A stretch of DNA of 64,000 bases from Chiloscyllium plagiosum (taxonomy: Eukaryota): the NCBI RefSeq assembly GCF_004010195.1, contig NC_057749.1, forward strand, positions 12,788,254 to 12,852,253, written 5' to 3'. Under the pieces are notes generated by a model. The model had not been told where the DNA came from and ran no database searches. It was given only the letters and a program-made list of their open reading frames with translations. This document shows, in pieces, positions 12,846 to 25,544 of the stretch. Each line of letters opens with the position of its first letter. Positions within the stretch are counted from its first letter, which is position 1. The position numbers were made by a program, and so were the translations under genes.

Positions 12846-13095
12846 TTGATCAAGACTAGAGTTTGGTTTTGTTGTGATACCTCCAGTGGTGGAATAGCTT
12901 TCTAAACATAAACATGAAGAGTGGTTATTTAGGCAGAGAACAACCAGTACATGCTAAACTGTACCTCAGCAACAAGTCAATTTATTGAGACATAGGAGGG
13001 AGTTGGGTACAGATTGGCAAGAAATAAATGATTTATCTTGAGCTTCATTCCTTGTGTTCATGTCTACTGATATTTTATGTTCTTGCTTGTTGCAG

Positions 13096-13259
13096 TGTCT
13101 TTCTTTGGAGACAGTTACATGGAGGTGAAGGAACGTGAAGCTTTTACCTCCAGCAGACTCTCCATGAAGTTCCTTACTAGTAAACAAAATGGGCTTCTCT
13201 TCCTGGCTTCAGGTCAAAGTGACTACCTGCTGATGGAGTTGTTTGCTGGAGTATTGCAG
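13096..13259 (+). CDS. CSPG4: CSPG4 coding exon 2 (start of laminin-G domain 1)
   Basis: ttgcag|TGTCTTTC acceptor, TTGCAG|gtacag donor; 164 bp, phase 1 to 0; encodes (V)SFFGDSYMEV...LKFLTSKQNGLLFLASGQSDYLLMELFAGVLQ-like text, resembling the NG2 N-terminus SFFGENHLEV. Confidence 0.93.
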
Positions 13260-14242
13260 GTACAGTATTCTCTGGGATAATATGTATTCAAAACAATTGT
13301 GAGGTACAGCCTTAATAAACATACTTATATACATTTATATGGATAACAAATAGAGTGAATGATTTTCACATTGGGGGAAATGTCTCTCCAAATAAATGTA
13401 CATCTGTACCTCCTTGGATGAATAGAGAAGTCTTTGTTAGCACTTTTAGCAAACAGAGATATCTTGCTTTCCTATAAATGGACCATTTGACCACCAATTA
13501 TATCCTAATCTGCAACACAAGCATTTTGTAAATTTCATGTACATCCAGAGTGGACCCATGCACTGTGAAATTCAGATTGGTGTAGATGAGTGTAGGCTGA
13601 AAAACACAGCCATACCATTCAGCTGCAAATGAATTTACTAATCAAATTTGACAGCTTGAAGTGCTGATTCTTGTATAAGTATATAGAGCTAATTTAGCAA
13701 TGACTGTTTCTTGGGCCTTCTTTGGCACCTTGGTGAATTCAGCAGAATCCCCATTTATAATGGAGTTTTCACCATAGCTACAATAACAGAGCAGGAGAAA
13801 CCACAAAGAAATACTGGGTATAGGATTTGTAAAGATTGCCTGTAACAAGCCAAATTATTTTTCCTATTTTCAAAAATATGTTCATAGCCATGTATGTTAT
13901 GATCTACTATGGATCCTATAGATTTAATTTCCTGAAGAAGATTTTTCCTGTCCCAAAAGGGAGTTGATTAAATGTCTATCCAGCAACACATCCTGATCAT
14001 CTGCTGCTTCTTAATCCATTGAGTTGATTAGTCCAGATTCCTTTTGCAGCAAGTATTCCATCAGATGATGGATTGACATGTATAATGCAACACCAATAAT
14101 GCCATACTTCTCGTTGCAGTGAAGTCCATGCACTACTTACTATAAAGCTTTAGTGTGCATCTGCCTGGTTCTTTCTCTGTCAGTCACACGCATCGCGATG
14201 CTGATCTCCTCTACATGACAGTTGCTGTTTCAGCAAACCCAT

Positions 14243-14330
14243 ACTGAAGAAAGGTTACTGGACCTGAAACATTAACTCTGATTTCTCTCCACAGACCTGC
14301 TGTGGTTTTCCAGCAATTTCATTTTTTGCT
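14243..14330 (+). mobile_element. Family C pLTR fragment starting at the hammerhead motif
   Basis: CTGAAGA-AAGGTT-ACTG-GACCT-GAAA-CATTAACT followed by the family C tail. Confidence 0.65.
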
Positions 14331-15120
14331 CAGGGATATGGATCAGCAGACAGAATTTTGACAACTGCCAAAAGATTGATGGTTGCCTTTAATGGAGAAC
14401 TGGTCATACTGAACTCTGGGATATGGTGTTAAGCTATCTGTAAATAGAATTTGTGCAAAACTGATGTCAAGAGCAAAGATACACCAAAATATCTGCAAGT
14501 TATCATAGCAGTTACTGATAGGTTGCCCCATGTAAGCAGAAGAACAAGAGCATAGGAAAGGGCTTCCCATACAGCATGGCTCCATTCAGGCACTATATCT
14601 GGATGATTGTGCTAATACCCAAATACATCAATAGGAAATTTCCCTAGTAATTTGAAAATAATTCTACCAAGAGCCTGCTGATGACATAATTAGCAGCTGA
14701 AGAAAATAAATTCCTTTATTGATGTTGATAACTGATTTTGCCTTTCAAGAGTTATCTCCAGAAAAAAATTCCATTTAATGTTTTAAGATTGCATGTTTAT
14801 TAGAGGGAGATAAATGTGATTAGGATGTGCCCACCACTGAACTAGAAACTTGGATCTGCTTGGCTATATCTAAATTCATTTTCTTGGTGCTTAGAGTGTA
14901 GGAACATGGACTCTAGTTGTAACAATGATATTTATATAAAGAGCAATAATGCCATGAGTAATTATTTATATCTAAAGTACGCTTAGAGTTATTGCAAACA
15001 ATAATATTTCCAAACTCTAATGCAGAATCCAGGTATTGCCAAGAAAAATGTCACCAACAGAAGTTTTAAGATGAAGGATCATTTATTTCTTGTGTAATCA
15101 AGGTTTTCAAGCACAAATTT

Positions 15121-15280
15121 GAGAGAGATGACTGGTGGTGGTTTAACCTGAGGGTCACCGTGCCTCAGGCAAGGGGAAGAGGTTGAGAAGGAAAGTCCTT
15201 CATGGTGACCCCAGCTGGGTGTGGGAATTGAATCCATGCTGTTGGTAGCACTCAATTATCCAGCCAACTGAGCTAACTGA
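15121..15280 (-). mobile_element. tRNA-derived SINE
   Basis: Minus strand: TAGCTCAGTTGG A-box and GATTCAATTCCC B-box-like motif, ending in a tctctctc tail. Confidence 0.6.
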
Positions 15281-15554
15281 TCTCTTAGGTAACAGGGCTG
15301 TTGATAAAGTAGTGATTATTAGGGTCAATATATTTGGACACCTTATTCCAGGTATCGTCTTTCCACGCCATTTAATACATGCACCAAAATAAATCTGTTG
15401 ATATTGAAACATTAGGTTGGAAATATTCTGTTTATTGAAGTCCCCGTGCATAGCCAATTCAACCTCAACGTTTCTGCTCTTTATTTCTGCAATATTCTGT
15501 TTCTAGCTGAGCCTTATCTCTCCTTTCTGAAGCTGCTCCGAATCTTTGGGGAAA

Positions 15555-15856
15555 CAGGTATGTAGCGATAGTGTCAATGGACTGGTAATCCAGAACCCGA
15601 GACTAAGGTTGTGAGGATGAGGGTTCAATCCCACAATGTGAGATGATAACATTTAACTGCAATAAAAAGCTAGTCTAATGGTGACTGAGTGACCATTGTC
15701 AATAGTTGTTCACTAAAGATTTTTAGGGAAGGAAATCTGCTATCCTCATCTGGTCTGGCCTACAGACAATGTGGTCACCTCTTAACTGCCCTCAAAGTAA
15801 TTAGGGATGGGCAATCAATCACTGGTTAGTGATGCTCACATCCCTTGAACAAATGA
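15555..15856 (+). mobile_element. tRNA-derived SINE with a 3' tail shared with the LINE ending at ~62792
   Basis: GGTTCAATCCC B-box; tail aattagggatgggcaat..gctcacatccc matches 62730-62780; minus copies at ~36640-36930 and ~45965-46345. Confidence 0.7.
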
Positions 15857-16111
15857 TTTTTTACGAGGATCTAAGTCTTTCCACTGAATAGACGTTTGTA
15901 CTGTTAAACTCTGCAGAACATGAAATTCCTCTTGTCAGCCATCTAATCAGTATGTTGCTTTCCTTCACTTAAGTTCACTCTGTCCTTTATTATTATTACA
16001 AGATTAATGCAACCCAACAGAACAGGGTAATGACAGTTATATGAATCTAACTGTTTCCAACCTCTGTGATTCCCTTTAAAATTGTATTTCTTGTGTGTTT
16101 TTATCTTTCAG

Positions 16112-19100
16112 GTGAAATTAGAACTTGGATCTGGAGAGACTGTATTGCATTCTCAGACTGGCCTGAAACTTAACAATCTCGTCTGGCATGATGTTTATCT
16201 TGTGTATGAGAACAAGACCCTAAGTTTGACTGTAGATGACCTCTTCACAACTTCAGTAGAAGTACTTGGCCATCTTAATAAGTTGAATGTTGATAATGGC
16301 CTGTACGTGGGTGGACCTGGGGAGGCAGAGATCCCTTACCTATCGAGGGAATCCAGTCATTTCAGAGGCTGTATTTCCAAGGCTGTGTTCAATGATTATG
16401 ACATCTTATTCTCACTTGAACCACATCGCGAATATAGAACTGTTTATGAGGTGGAGGATGGATGCAGCAATGTAATCATAGCAGGGGATGATTATCCCAG
16501 CAACTTTCTGGGACTGAAATCCTATATCTCCTTTCCGAGTTGGAATGCAAGAGAAGAGGGGACATTTGAGTGCTTTCTGAAAACGACAATTCTGCAAGCT
16601 CCGTTGCTTTATCATGCAGGATGGCAGACCGACTTTATAATCTTAGAAATTACAGATGGTCGTCTCCGTGTTTTACTTGATAATGGAGGTGGAGTTGTTC
16701 TATTAAATAATACTCATTTTGTTAGTGATGGGAAATGGCACAGTGTTAAGCTATTATTTAATACAAACTTTATAGAGATTACAGTAGATGATGAATTATC
16801 TCAAAAGCAACTGATTAACAATAAGGACGCATATTTGGATCTACGAGGGCACCTGTTCATTGGTGGAATAGACAACAAAACCTCTTTTGAATTAATTAAA
16901 CGTGGACTGTCCTATGTGTTAGTGGAAGGAACAATATCTGGCTCTTTCATTGGTTGTATTCAAAATATGCGTGTAAACTTAGAAAAGAAAAGTTTGGTAG
17001 ATGCATTAGTCACCAGGGGTATTAGTACTGTATGTGAGGATGAAGAGAGTAAAAGGATGGAGAAAAGGGAGATTAAATTTGAGGATGAAGTTTCAGCAAC
17101 ACCAGTTCCAAGTTTTCATGAGCTCCTAACCACCAATGCACCTTGTTTACTCGATAAGAACATATCTAAAGTCTTCAGTAATTTTACTAGCTTCTTGAAT
17201 CTGACACCATTAATTGTAAAAGAAGCAGGAAGGTCCACCTTGGAGCTCATTCACATTCATCCAACAATTGATCTGAGCAGGTTTGGAGTAAGAAATTCTC
17301 AAGTAGTTTTCAAAATAATTCAAGATGTAAGATATGGTACCCTGGAACTGAATATTCCAGGTGCAAAGAGTAGGAAAGCGTTCACCCTTTTAGACATAAT
17401 CAATCATCATATAACATATCAACATGATGGATCTGAAGGGTCACTTGACCAGTTAAAATTTGAAATCTCTGTTCATAGTAAAAAAGGGATCTCTAACTGT
17501 TTAAAACAGGGTCAACAATACACATTAAGTATAAATGTAATCTCTGTCAATAACCCACCAGAATTAATCTTCCCAAATGGAAATCTTATGACAATTCTTA
17601 AACATACTAGGAAAACCCTTGGTACAGATATCATTCGTATTGTAGATGTTGACAATGTTTGTTCAGAGCTAAAAATTATAATAGTTAATAGAAAGGATCC
17701 AGGTTTTGTGGAGGATTTGAGAAATCCTGGCCAGAGGATTGGAGAATTTTCATGTCAAGATCTGAAACTGGGAAATATTCGTTATGTTAATACTGGGGCC
17801 AAGGTTTCTGAATTATTGCTTCAGGTCACTGATGGGGAACAAACAAGTGACCCAACTCCTTTGAGAATAGTGGCCTTGAAACCTGATGTGCAAGTGGGCA
17901 ATAATACTGGTTTAATTCTTCCACAAGGAGGTGTCAGTCTAATCACCATCAGCAATCTGTCTGTAGAGACAAATGCAGTCAAGCAGAAGGTGGATATTTT
18001 ATATAACATTACTAAGCCATTATATTATGGTGAGGTGCAGAAATTTGATGACAATGGGGAATGGAAACCGGTGAAGATATTCCATCAGAATGATATAGAA
18101 CAGGGGTATCTTCGCTATTTCAGCACAGATCCTGAGTTTCGCAGAAACGATATAACAGAAAAACTTACATTTGCAGTGACAGCTGGACAGCAAACCCTCG
18201 AAAATAATGTTTTTTTAATAAAAATAAAGAGAGCTAAAATAACACTGCTGAAAATATCTCCAAATGAGTTAAATAATGTTAGACGAGGACAGATTACACA
18301 AAATGAACTGGAAGCTGCAATAGAAGGCCATAGGATCCCTTCTAATCTATTCAGGTACGTTATTTTAAAGTCTCCAGATAAAGGAAAGTTGCAAGTTCTG
18401 GATGAGGAGCTAAATGTTGGTTCTACCTTCACCCAAGAGGATTTAAAGCAAATAGGTCTCACTTATGAAGCAACAGTTAGAAATTCTGAGGAAACCCAAG
18501 ACAGCTTCCAGTTTCAGGTTTTTGTTGGAGACCAACACTCACCAGTATATACTTATCCAATATTGATTGGCATTGATCCAGAGGTACCAATTTTGATGAG
18601 TAAGCCATTGGTTGTGACAGAAGGAGGCACACAAACAATCACCAAAGATCAACTTTTCACTATAGGTCAGAGTACCACTGCTTTTGTGTACAATGTCACT
18701 CAGGGTCCTCAGTATGGGAAACTGATCAGGCAGCCAGACCATGAAAAATCCATCACAATCTTTACCAATGATGACATTCTGCAAGAGCAGTTAATATATA
18801 TGCATGATGACTCTGAAACTTTGGAAGACATGATTGTTTTTGTTGTTATGGAACAATCTAAAGATGATGACCCTGAGGTAGATGTGGTTCTTGGCACACT
18901 GAATATTTATATAAGACCAGTAAATGATCAGCCACCAATTCGAGTTGTGAACAAGACATTTAACGTGACATTAAATGGGCAACACTTGTTAACCACAGCT
19001 GAACTTCGTTTTCATGATGCAGACTCAGATTTTGATGATTCCCAATTGATTTATACCAAATGGGGTATCTCCAATGGTAATATTGTCTCTGCAGATGACA

Positions 19101-19669
19101 CTGCTCATGAACTTTCCCGTTTCAGTCAGGAAGACATGGAAAAAAAACAGGTGTTGTTTAAACATTACGGAGCTCAACAAGGAACATTCCAGCTACAAGT
19201 GTCTGATGGTGTGCATCAAACCAGGACTGTCTTGGAAGTTCATGCATTAGATCCATATCTGAGAATAGTCAATAATTCCATATTCTTGGTTCACCAAGGA
19301 GAAGAGTTGCCTATCCTTGGCTATCTCCTTGGTGTGGAGTCCAATATGGACATTTGGAGTGAAGAGGAAATAATATACCAGATAACATTTCAGCCTAGAC
19401 ATGGAGCAATTCTAGTAAATGGTGAACCGAATCATTCTTTCTCGCAGAAAGATATAAATAATGACCAAGTGGTTTATCGCCATGACAACAGCCAGCATTC
19501 AAGAGATTTTTTTAACTTTACGGTTGAAGTGAAAGAGATCAAGACAAAGGGAACATTTCCCATTTTAATCTTCTTGGAGAGCCATCAACACCCACCAATT
19601 GTAGTACACAATAAAAAGATCTTTGTCAACCAAGGGGAAGCAAAGAAAATTTGGAGAGATCAACTCCTT
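16112..19669 (+). CDS. CSPG4: CSPG4 coding exon 3 (giant exon: laminin-G domains and CSPG repeats)
   Basis: tttcag|GTGAAA acceptor, CTCCTT|gtaagt donor; 3558 bp open frame inside ORF 16082..19705; LamG motifs (GLYVGG, FRGCI, SDGKWHSV, LFIGG, FIGCI) and CSPG repeats (YQHDGSE, YMHDDSET, PVNDQPP). Confidence 0.97.
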
Positions 19670-20574
19670 GTAAGTATAAACTATTTAATTAATAATTCCC
19701 TCTAACTTGTACCTTTGTGAATGCACCAACTCACACTGTGGAGGAAGATTAAAGTGAGATTCGTTAAGAAGATATTCTGCCTCTTTTGAGTAACACTGAT
19801 TTATTTAAAAAGCAACTAAATTGGCAGCATTCAAATCATGCAGCTATTTTGCTAACAAAGTCCTTAAACCAAACTTGTTCAGCTTAATGCTTACGCCGAG
19901 TGATAGCTATTTCCAAAGTGAATGAAAATTGGTTACTTATGCAAAGAAGTTGATGTTTCCTTCAATAGTTCTGCTTGAAGAGATTGCTTGTGCACAAAGA
20001 TTTGTCTGTTGGAGTGATTGAATCATTTGCCTCCTCCTCCTACAGGCTGCACAATCTGTCCTGAAAGAAATTCTTGAGGTTGTTAATTACCAGCAGAGAA
20101 ACCAAATTATTTGCCTAGATTTTTTTTAAGAATTGAATTGCTGCCACCAGATGGATCTGATTGGCTACACCTGCTTTAGATCAAAGGTTAGTTTGAGAAC
20201 AGTTCACTATTAGAATTCCAAACCTCTGGTTATTTTAAGGGGCTGTCAGAAATAGCTTAAATTGCATCTGGATTAGATGACAGGAAACCCTTAAGGTGTT
20301 AATAAACAAGATTAGTCACTAGGAATAAATTGACAAGCTCTCTCCAGACAGACCCCTGGAGTTGATGAGTGCTTTAATATTATTTACTTAAGGTTGTTCA
20401 GTTAAAGTTACAATGTGTATCTAGAATTTATTTCTTAATCACAGAAGTATTGAATTTGGCCTTAGTAAACTGTTTTTACTACACTTACTTTGTTGTTGAG
20501 TTATTTGGCTTATGCAGCCAATTTTTTTTTCTTGCAAGCATTGATTTGTCTAAGCATAAAATATGTTAAGTTGT

Positions 20575-20955
20575 TGGTTAGTTCAAGCCCCATTGTACAC
20601 CTAAGCACACAATTTACACTGGCAATTCAAAGCAATCTCAGGGGAATGTTGCATCAAAGTGCTATTTTGATTGAGATATTAAAACCAGGTTGTTTGTTTG
20701 TTCAGATGTGAAACACTCCTCTGAACTATTCAAAAAGAACTTAGGCATTCTCTTGGTGTTAATGAATTAATATTCCATTAACACTCAAAACATATTAATC
20801 AGTCATTACTTTTCTGTTTGTGATATTTTGTGATAAACAAATTGACTGCCACATTTACCATCATCAGTTATCTGGGTGACTCTAGTAATGTGTTGATTGA
20901 TAAAATGCTTTGGGATAACTCACAGATATGATAAAAGTATATAAATTCAAATTTG
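20575..20955 (+). mobile_element. Highly diverged Deu-domain-like SINE
   Basis: GTTCAAGCCC B-box; central ctgtttgtgat..caaattgactgccacattt; L2-like tail gctttgggat..tatataaat. Confidence 0.45.
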
Positions 20956-22451
20956 TTTGTTCATATACCTTACCACTGTCCCAGTGTGTGGGTGCAAACC
21001 TCAAAATACATCTACTTTGGAGAATGATGGAATGCTGTGAAACTGCTGGTGTTTTAATGGTTAATGTATTTTCCCTTACTTCCAGGCTCTGATTAACAAA
21101 TATAAAACTTGAGTGTTCTTTGCTGGCTTCTCCACTCCAGTTTTAACTTCCCTGCTCTGGCTCTGTTCCTGTCAATCAAACAATTAATCTAGCTCTTCCC
21201 ATTCACGTATTTTTACGTCAACCCTGAATTTTGTTGATGATAATTAATTACACTCCAATCTGTTGGTTCAGTGTAATTAATTAACAAACTAAATTGAATT
21301 CTATTATTCTTTGTTTCTTCAATTAAATGATAAAATGTTTGCAGTCTTCCTTTATCATTAACTGCCTGCATAATAAATTCTCATGCTTCCAGCATTACAT
21401 ACAGGTACTGGAGACACATTAAAGCTGCCTTGTTAAAATTTTGCTACTATTTCCTACCATTCCCCCCTTCTTATTCCTAAGGTTTCCAGGGATAATTATG
21501 ACACCTAATATCTGCTCTAGTTGACATCAGCTGATGCAGTACAGGCATTGAATTTTGACTAAAGCTTTAACGCATTAATTACTTTTCAATAATTTTCAGG
21601 CATTATCCATTATATATTTTCATGATCCACTTTCACAATGAGTGTCAGCAACTATTTAATTAGTGAAGCTATCACATAAAGCTTAATCCCATTCTCTCTA
21701 ACGGTTAACTTTGTGATGAGGTACTCGAGCCTCTTATCCCGTTCTTATTTCGAGGGTTGCCAGGGATAATTATGACACCGAATATCTGCCCTAGTTGATG
21801 TCAGCTGCTGTAATACAGGCTTTAATTTTGACTAAAGCTTTAAACAATGTGGTTTTGTTGTAGTGATTATTAATTGAGTTATCAAGAGAATTTTACTATT
21901 AACCGTTACCGGATCCTGAAATAAATAAATAATCAGGTAAATCAGTGTCCTTTCCAATGACTTATTCCATTCTTCCATAATTTTGATTTTAGCTGGTACA
22001 AGATCATGGTTACCTAATATAGTCAATGATTTCTAGCAATTTTCTGATGGGTTTCTCAATAAATTTAGTTTAGGTTTGGTACTTTGGTTAATTAGGTAAA
22101 GAAAAGAAATGTGTACCCCATGACAGATTAGAATGTTTAACTGATCCTGAGTCCTGTAAAATAGAGAAGTAGAGACAGTGCTCCTCCACATCTGATGTTT
22201 TTCAGTCTTTAGTCTTTAGTGGCAGCTGTCTTTGTTCTTCACTCAGACTGATGTAGAGGAATTCCTGGTCTTTCTTCAAGAGGTGGTGGCTCAAGACTTT
22301 GCTTTTGCTCATATCTCCCCCTCCCCAACTATCCCTGTTGAAATACATTATTTTGGAAGCTGACCATCTCTGCCAATTCAATCATCTATCTGTAGCCTCT
22401 TGGCCATTGATCCTAGGTAGCTGCTCATGATGCCAGCTTAACTTTTGTCCC

Positions 22452-23390
22452 CATGCATACACTTAATGGTAAGGTCCGAGGGAGTGTTGCTGAACAAAGA
22501 GACCTTGGAGTGCAGGTTCATAGCTCCTTGAAATGGGAGTCGCAGGTAGATAGGATAGTGAAGAAGGCATTTGGTATACTTTCCTTTATTGGTCAGAGTA
22601 TTGAGTACAGGAGTTGGGAGGTCATGTTGCGGCTNNNNNNNNNNNNNNNNNNNNNNNNNNNNNNNNNNNNNNNNNNNNNNNNNNNNNNNNNNNNNNNNNN
22701 NNNNNNNNNNNNNNNNNNNNNNNNNNNNNNNNNNNNNNNNNNNNNNNNNNNNNNNNNNNNNNNNNNNNNNNNNNNNNNNNNNNNNNNNNNNNNNNNNNNN
22801 NNNNNNNNNNNNNNNNNNNNNNNNNNNNNNNNNNNNNNNNNNNNNNNNNNNNNNNNNNNNNNNNNNNNNNNNNNNNNNNNNNNNNNNNNNNNNNNNNNNN
22901 NNNNNNNNNNNNNNNNNNNNNNNNNNNNNNNNNNNNNNNNNNNNNNNNNNNNNNNNNNNNNNNNNNNNNNNNNNNNNNNNNNNNNNNNNNNNNNNNNNNN
23001 NNNNNNNNNNNNNNNNNNNNNNNNNNNNNNNNNNNNNNNNNNNNNNNNNNNNNNNNNNNNNNNNNNNNNNNNNNNNNNNNNNNNNNNNNNNNNNNNNNNN
23101 NNNNNNNNNNNNNNNNNNNNNNNNNNNNNNNNNNNNNNNNNNNNNNNNNNNNNNNNNNNNNNNNNNNNNNNNNNNNNNNNNNNNNNNNNNNNNNNNNNNN
23201 NNNNNNNNNNNNNNNNNNNNNNNNNNNNNNNNAGGCATTTGGATGGGTATATGAATAGGAAGGATTTGGAGGGATATGGGCCAGGTGCTGGCAAGTGGGA
23301 CTAGATTGGGTTGGGATATCTGGTCGGCATGGACAGGTTGGACTGAAGGGTCTGTTTCCATGCTGTACATCTCTATGACTCTATGACTCT
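22452..23390 (+). mobile_element. Young CR1 3' fragment spanning an N gap (22635-23232)
   Basis: EQRDLGVQVHSSLK before the gap; RHLDGYMNRK..GYGPGAGKWD after it; (ctatgact)n tail. Confidence 0.9.
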
Positions 23391-23504
23391 AAATGAGGTA
23401 TCAAACTGCACAGGAAATATCAAATATGGAATGCTCACTGGATAGGTTTAAAGGGGACCCCAATTTCCAATAAACCCTCCCTCAACTTTGCTTAATGTCT
23501 CTCA

Positions 23505-24180
23505 ATGGGATTTGAAGATTGCATCACATATAAACAGGGTGGGTAAAAGGTATGTCGCATGTTTGATCTCAATGCTCAGTTCTTTGAGAATGTTGGGACA
23601 TCATGTTGAAGTTGTACAGGACATTGGTGAGGTCTCTTCTGGAATACTGTGTCCAGTTTTGGTTGCTCAGTTATAGGAAGGATACTGTTAAGTTGGAGAG
23701 GGTTCAGAAGAGATTTACCAGGATGTTAGCAGGTATGGAAGGTTTGAGTTATAAGGAAAGGTTGGATAGGCTGGGAGTTTTTTTTTCACTGAAGCCTTGG
23801 ACATTGAGAGACCACCTTATAGAAGTTTATAAAATAATGAGGATTATAGGTAGAGTTAATGGTAGTTGAACTTTCACTAGGATGGGGGATTTCAAGACCA
23901 GAAAGCACACTTTTAAGGTGAGAGAAGAGAGATTTTTGAAAAGACATGAGGGGAAATCTTTTTTTACATAGAGGGTGGTTTGCCTGTGGAATGAACTTCT
24001 TGAGGAAGTGGTGAATGTGGGTACAAATGCAATGTTCAAAAGACATTTGGTTAAGTACATGAACAGGAAAGGTTTGGAGGGGTATGGGCCAGAGCAGGCA
24101 GCTGGGACTAGTTTAATTTGGGATGATGTTCACCATGGACTGGTTGGAAGAAAGGGGCTGTTTCCGTGCTGTATGACTCT
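23505..24180 (+). mobile_element. CR1 3' fragment
   Basis: LYRTLVRSLLEYCVQFW..LERVQKRFTRML motif. Confidence 0.88.
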
Positions 24181-25544
24181 GAGAGTGGGAGCCAGAGGTC
24201 TAAGGGTTATAATCCTGTAAGACATTTCTTGCTTCCCATCCTTCTGAGGTGGGTGATCCAATAGTATAGTGCATGTATCGATATTGTTAACTATGCAAGT
24301 GGAGATCTGCACTGTCTAATACTACCATCTGGTGGTGATGTGACACCTTTTTCTCTCTTACACTTTACAGCTGTGATATCTCGCCTTTTTGTGTATAGGA
24401 AATCTGTTTGACTACTTCCAAAATTCTTCTGTAAGATTTGATTCTGTCTCAGGATAATTGATACCACTTGCTTGGCAATCCCCACCGCTGTGAAAATGTA
24501 CTCATTACTTTTGCCTGAGGATTCAAGCTTGACCTTCTCCTTTATGTGCATATTAATGAAGTGAAACAGTTACTTGTCTTTCTTCATGCTCACTACGGAA
24601 TCTGGAATTACTTCTGAAACTTTATTGCCTCTCATTTAAATATCTTGCTTCTGGTTGTCTGTGAGAATGCAACTTAGCTTCTGCATGTCAACTATTTTAA
24701 AGCAGCTTTGTAGTCCATAGTTTGTGTCCTTAAGATTAATCCCGGGGTGAATAGGTTTACTAAGGTAAATTTAGTACTTGGAGAAATTCTCTAAGCATTA
24801 CCATACTCTTATTTAACTCCCACCTATCATCTTTTACATTTAATGTAAAATGTTCATCCTTCTGATTGTGTTAAATGGTCCATGTTGTGTAATTTCCCAT
24901 CTAATTTCTCAGTTATCAAAACGTTTCCCCTTTTTTTTCAAACTTTATTTATTTCCTTCAGCAATTAGACTGTAAAAGAGCCAGGAAGATCCAAACTTGG
25001 CACACCAAGCACATTACAACGAACAGTCATAACAACCTGCGCTTATATAAAATATAAAAAGGCATCCCAAAAGGCACCACACTAGCCATATTTGAATTCA
25101 GAGAATACATTTGATCTGATCTGGAGTTTCTGCTCCTTGTAGAACCCTATCAACATATCCTTCTAACCCTTTCTCCTTCGTATACTTGTATCGTTTTTTT
25201 ATTAACATATTTGCAGTATTCACCATGCAGTTTCCACATAATAGTAGGTTCCACATTCTCAACCCTCTCTGTGTAAAGTCTACTGAAAAACACACACACT
25301 AAAACACCTTTTCTATGTGTACCCTATTAAGTTCTTTTACATTCTTTAAAACCCCTATTGATTTCCCTTCAGTATTCTGTTTTATAATAAAAAGCAAGAC
25401 AGCCTATCCAACCTTTCCTGCTAGTTTTGGATCTAAAAGGGAAATGTTTCTTTTGCATCTCCTGCTGTCACTCTATGGATTCCACTCTATGGAACTGTGG
25501 ACTGAAACACTGAACAAAAAGAGCAACAGGAGAATTAGACTATG

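Noticed and set aside
17821..18897. Antisense ORFs over exon 3 (and over exon 10)
   Set aside because: Shadow frames of the real coding strand
22635..23232. Long X-containing ORFs here and at the gaps 35604-35737 and 38016-38275
   Set aside because: Artefacts of N runs; all three gaps lie inside young CR1 copies
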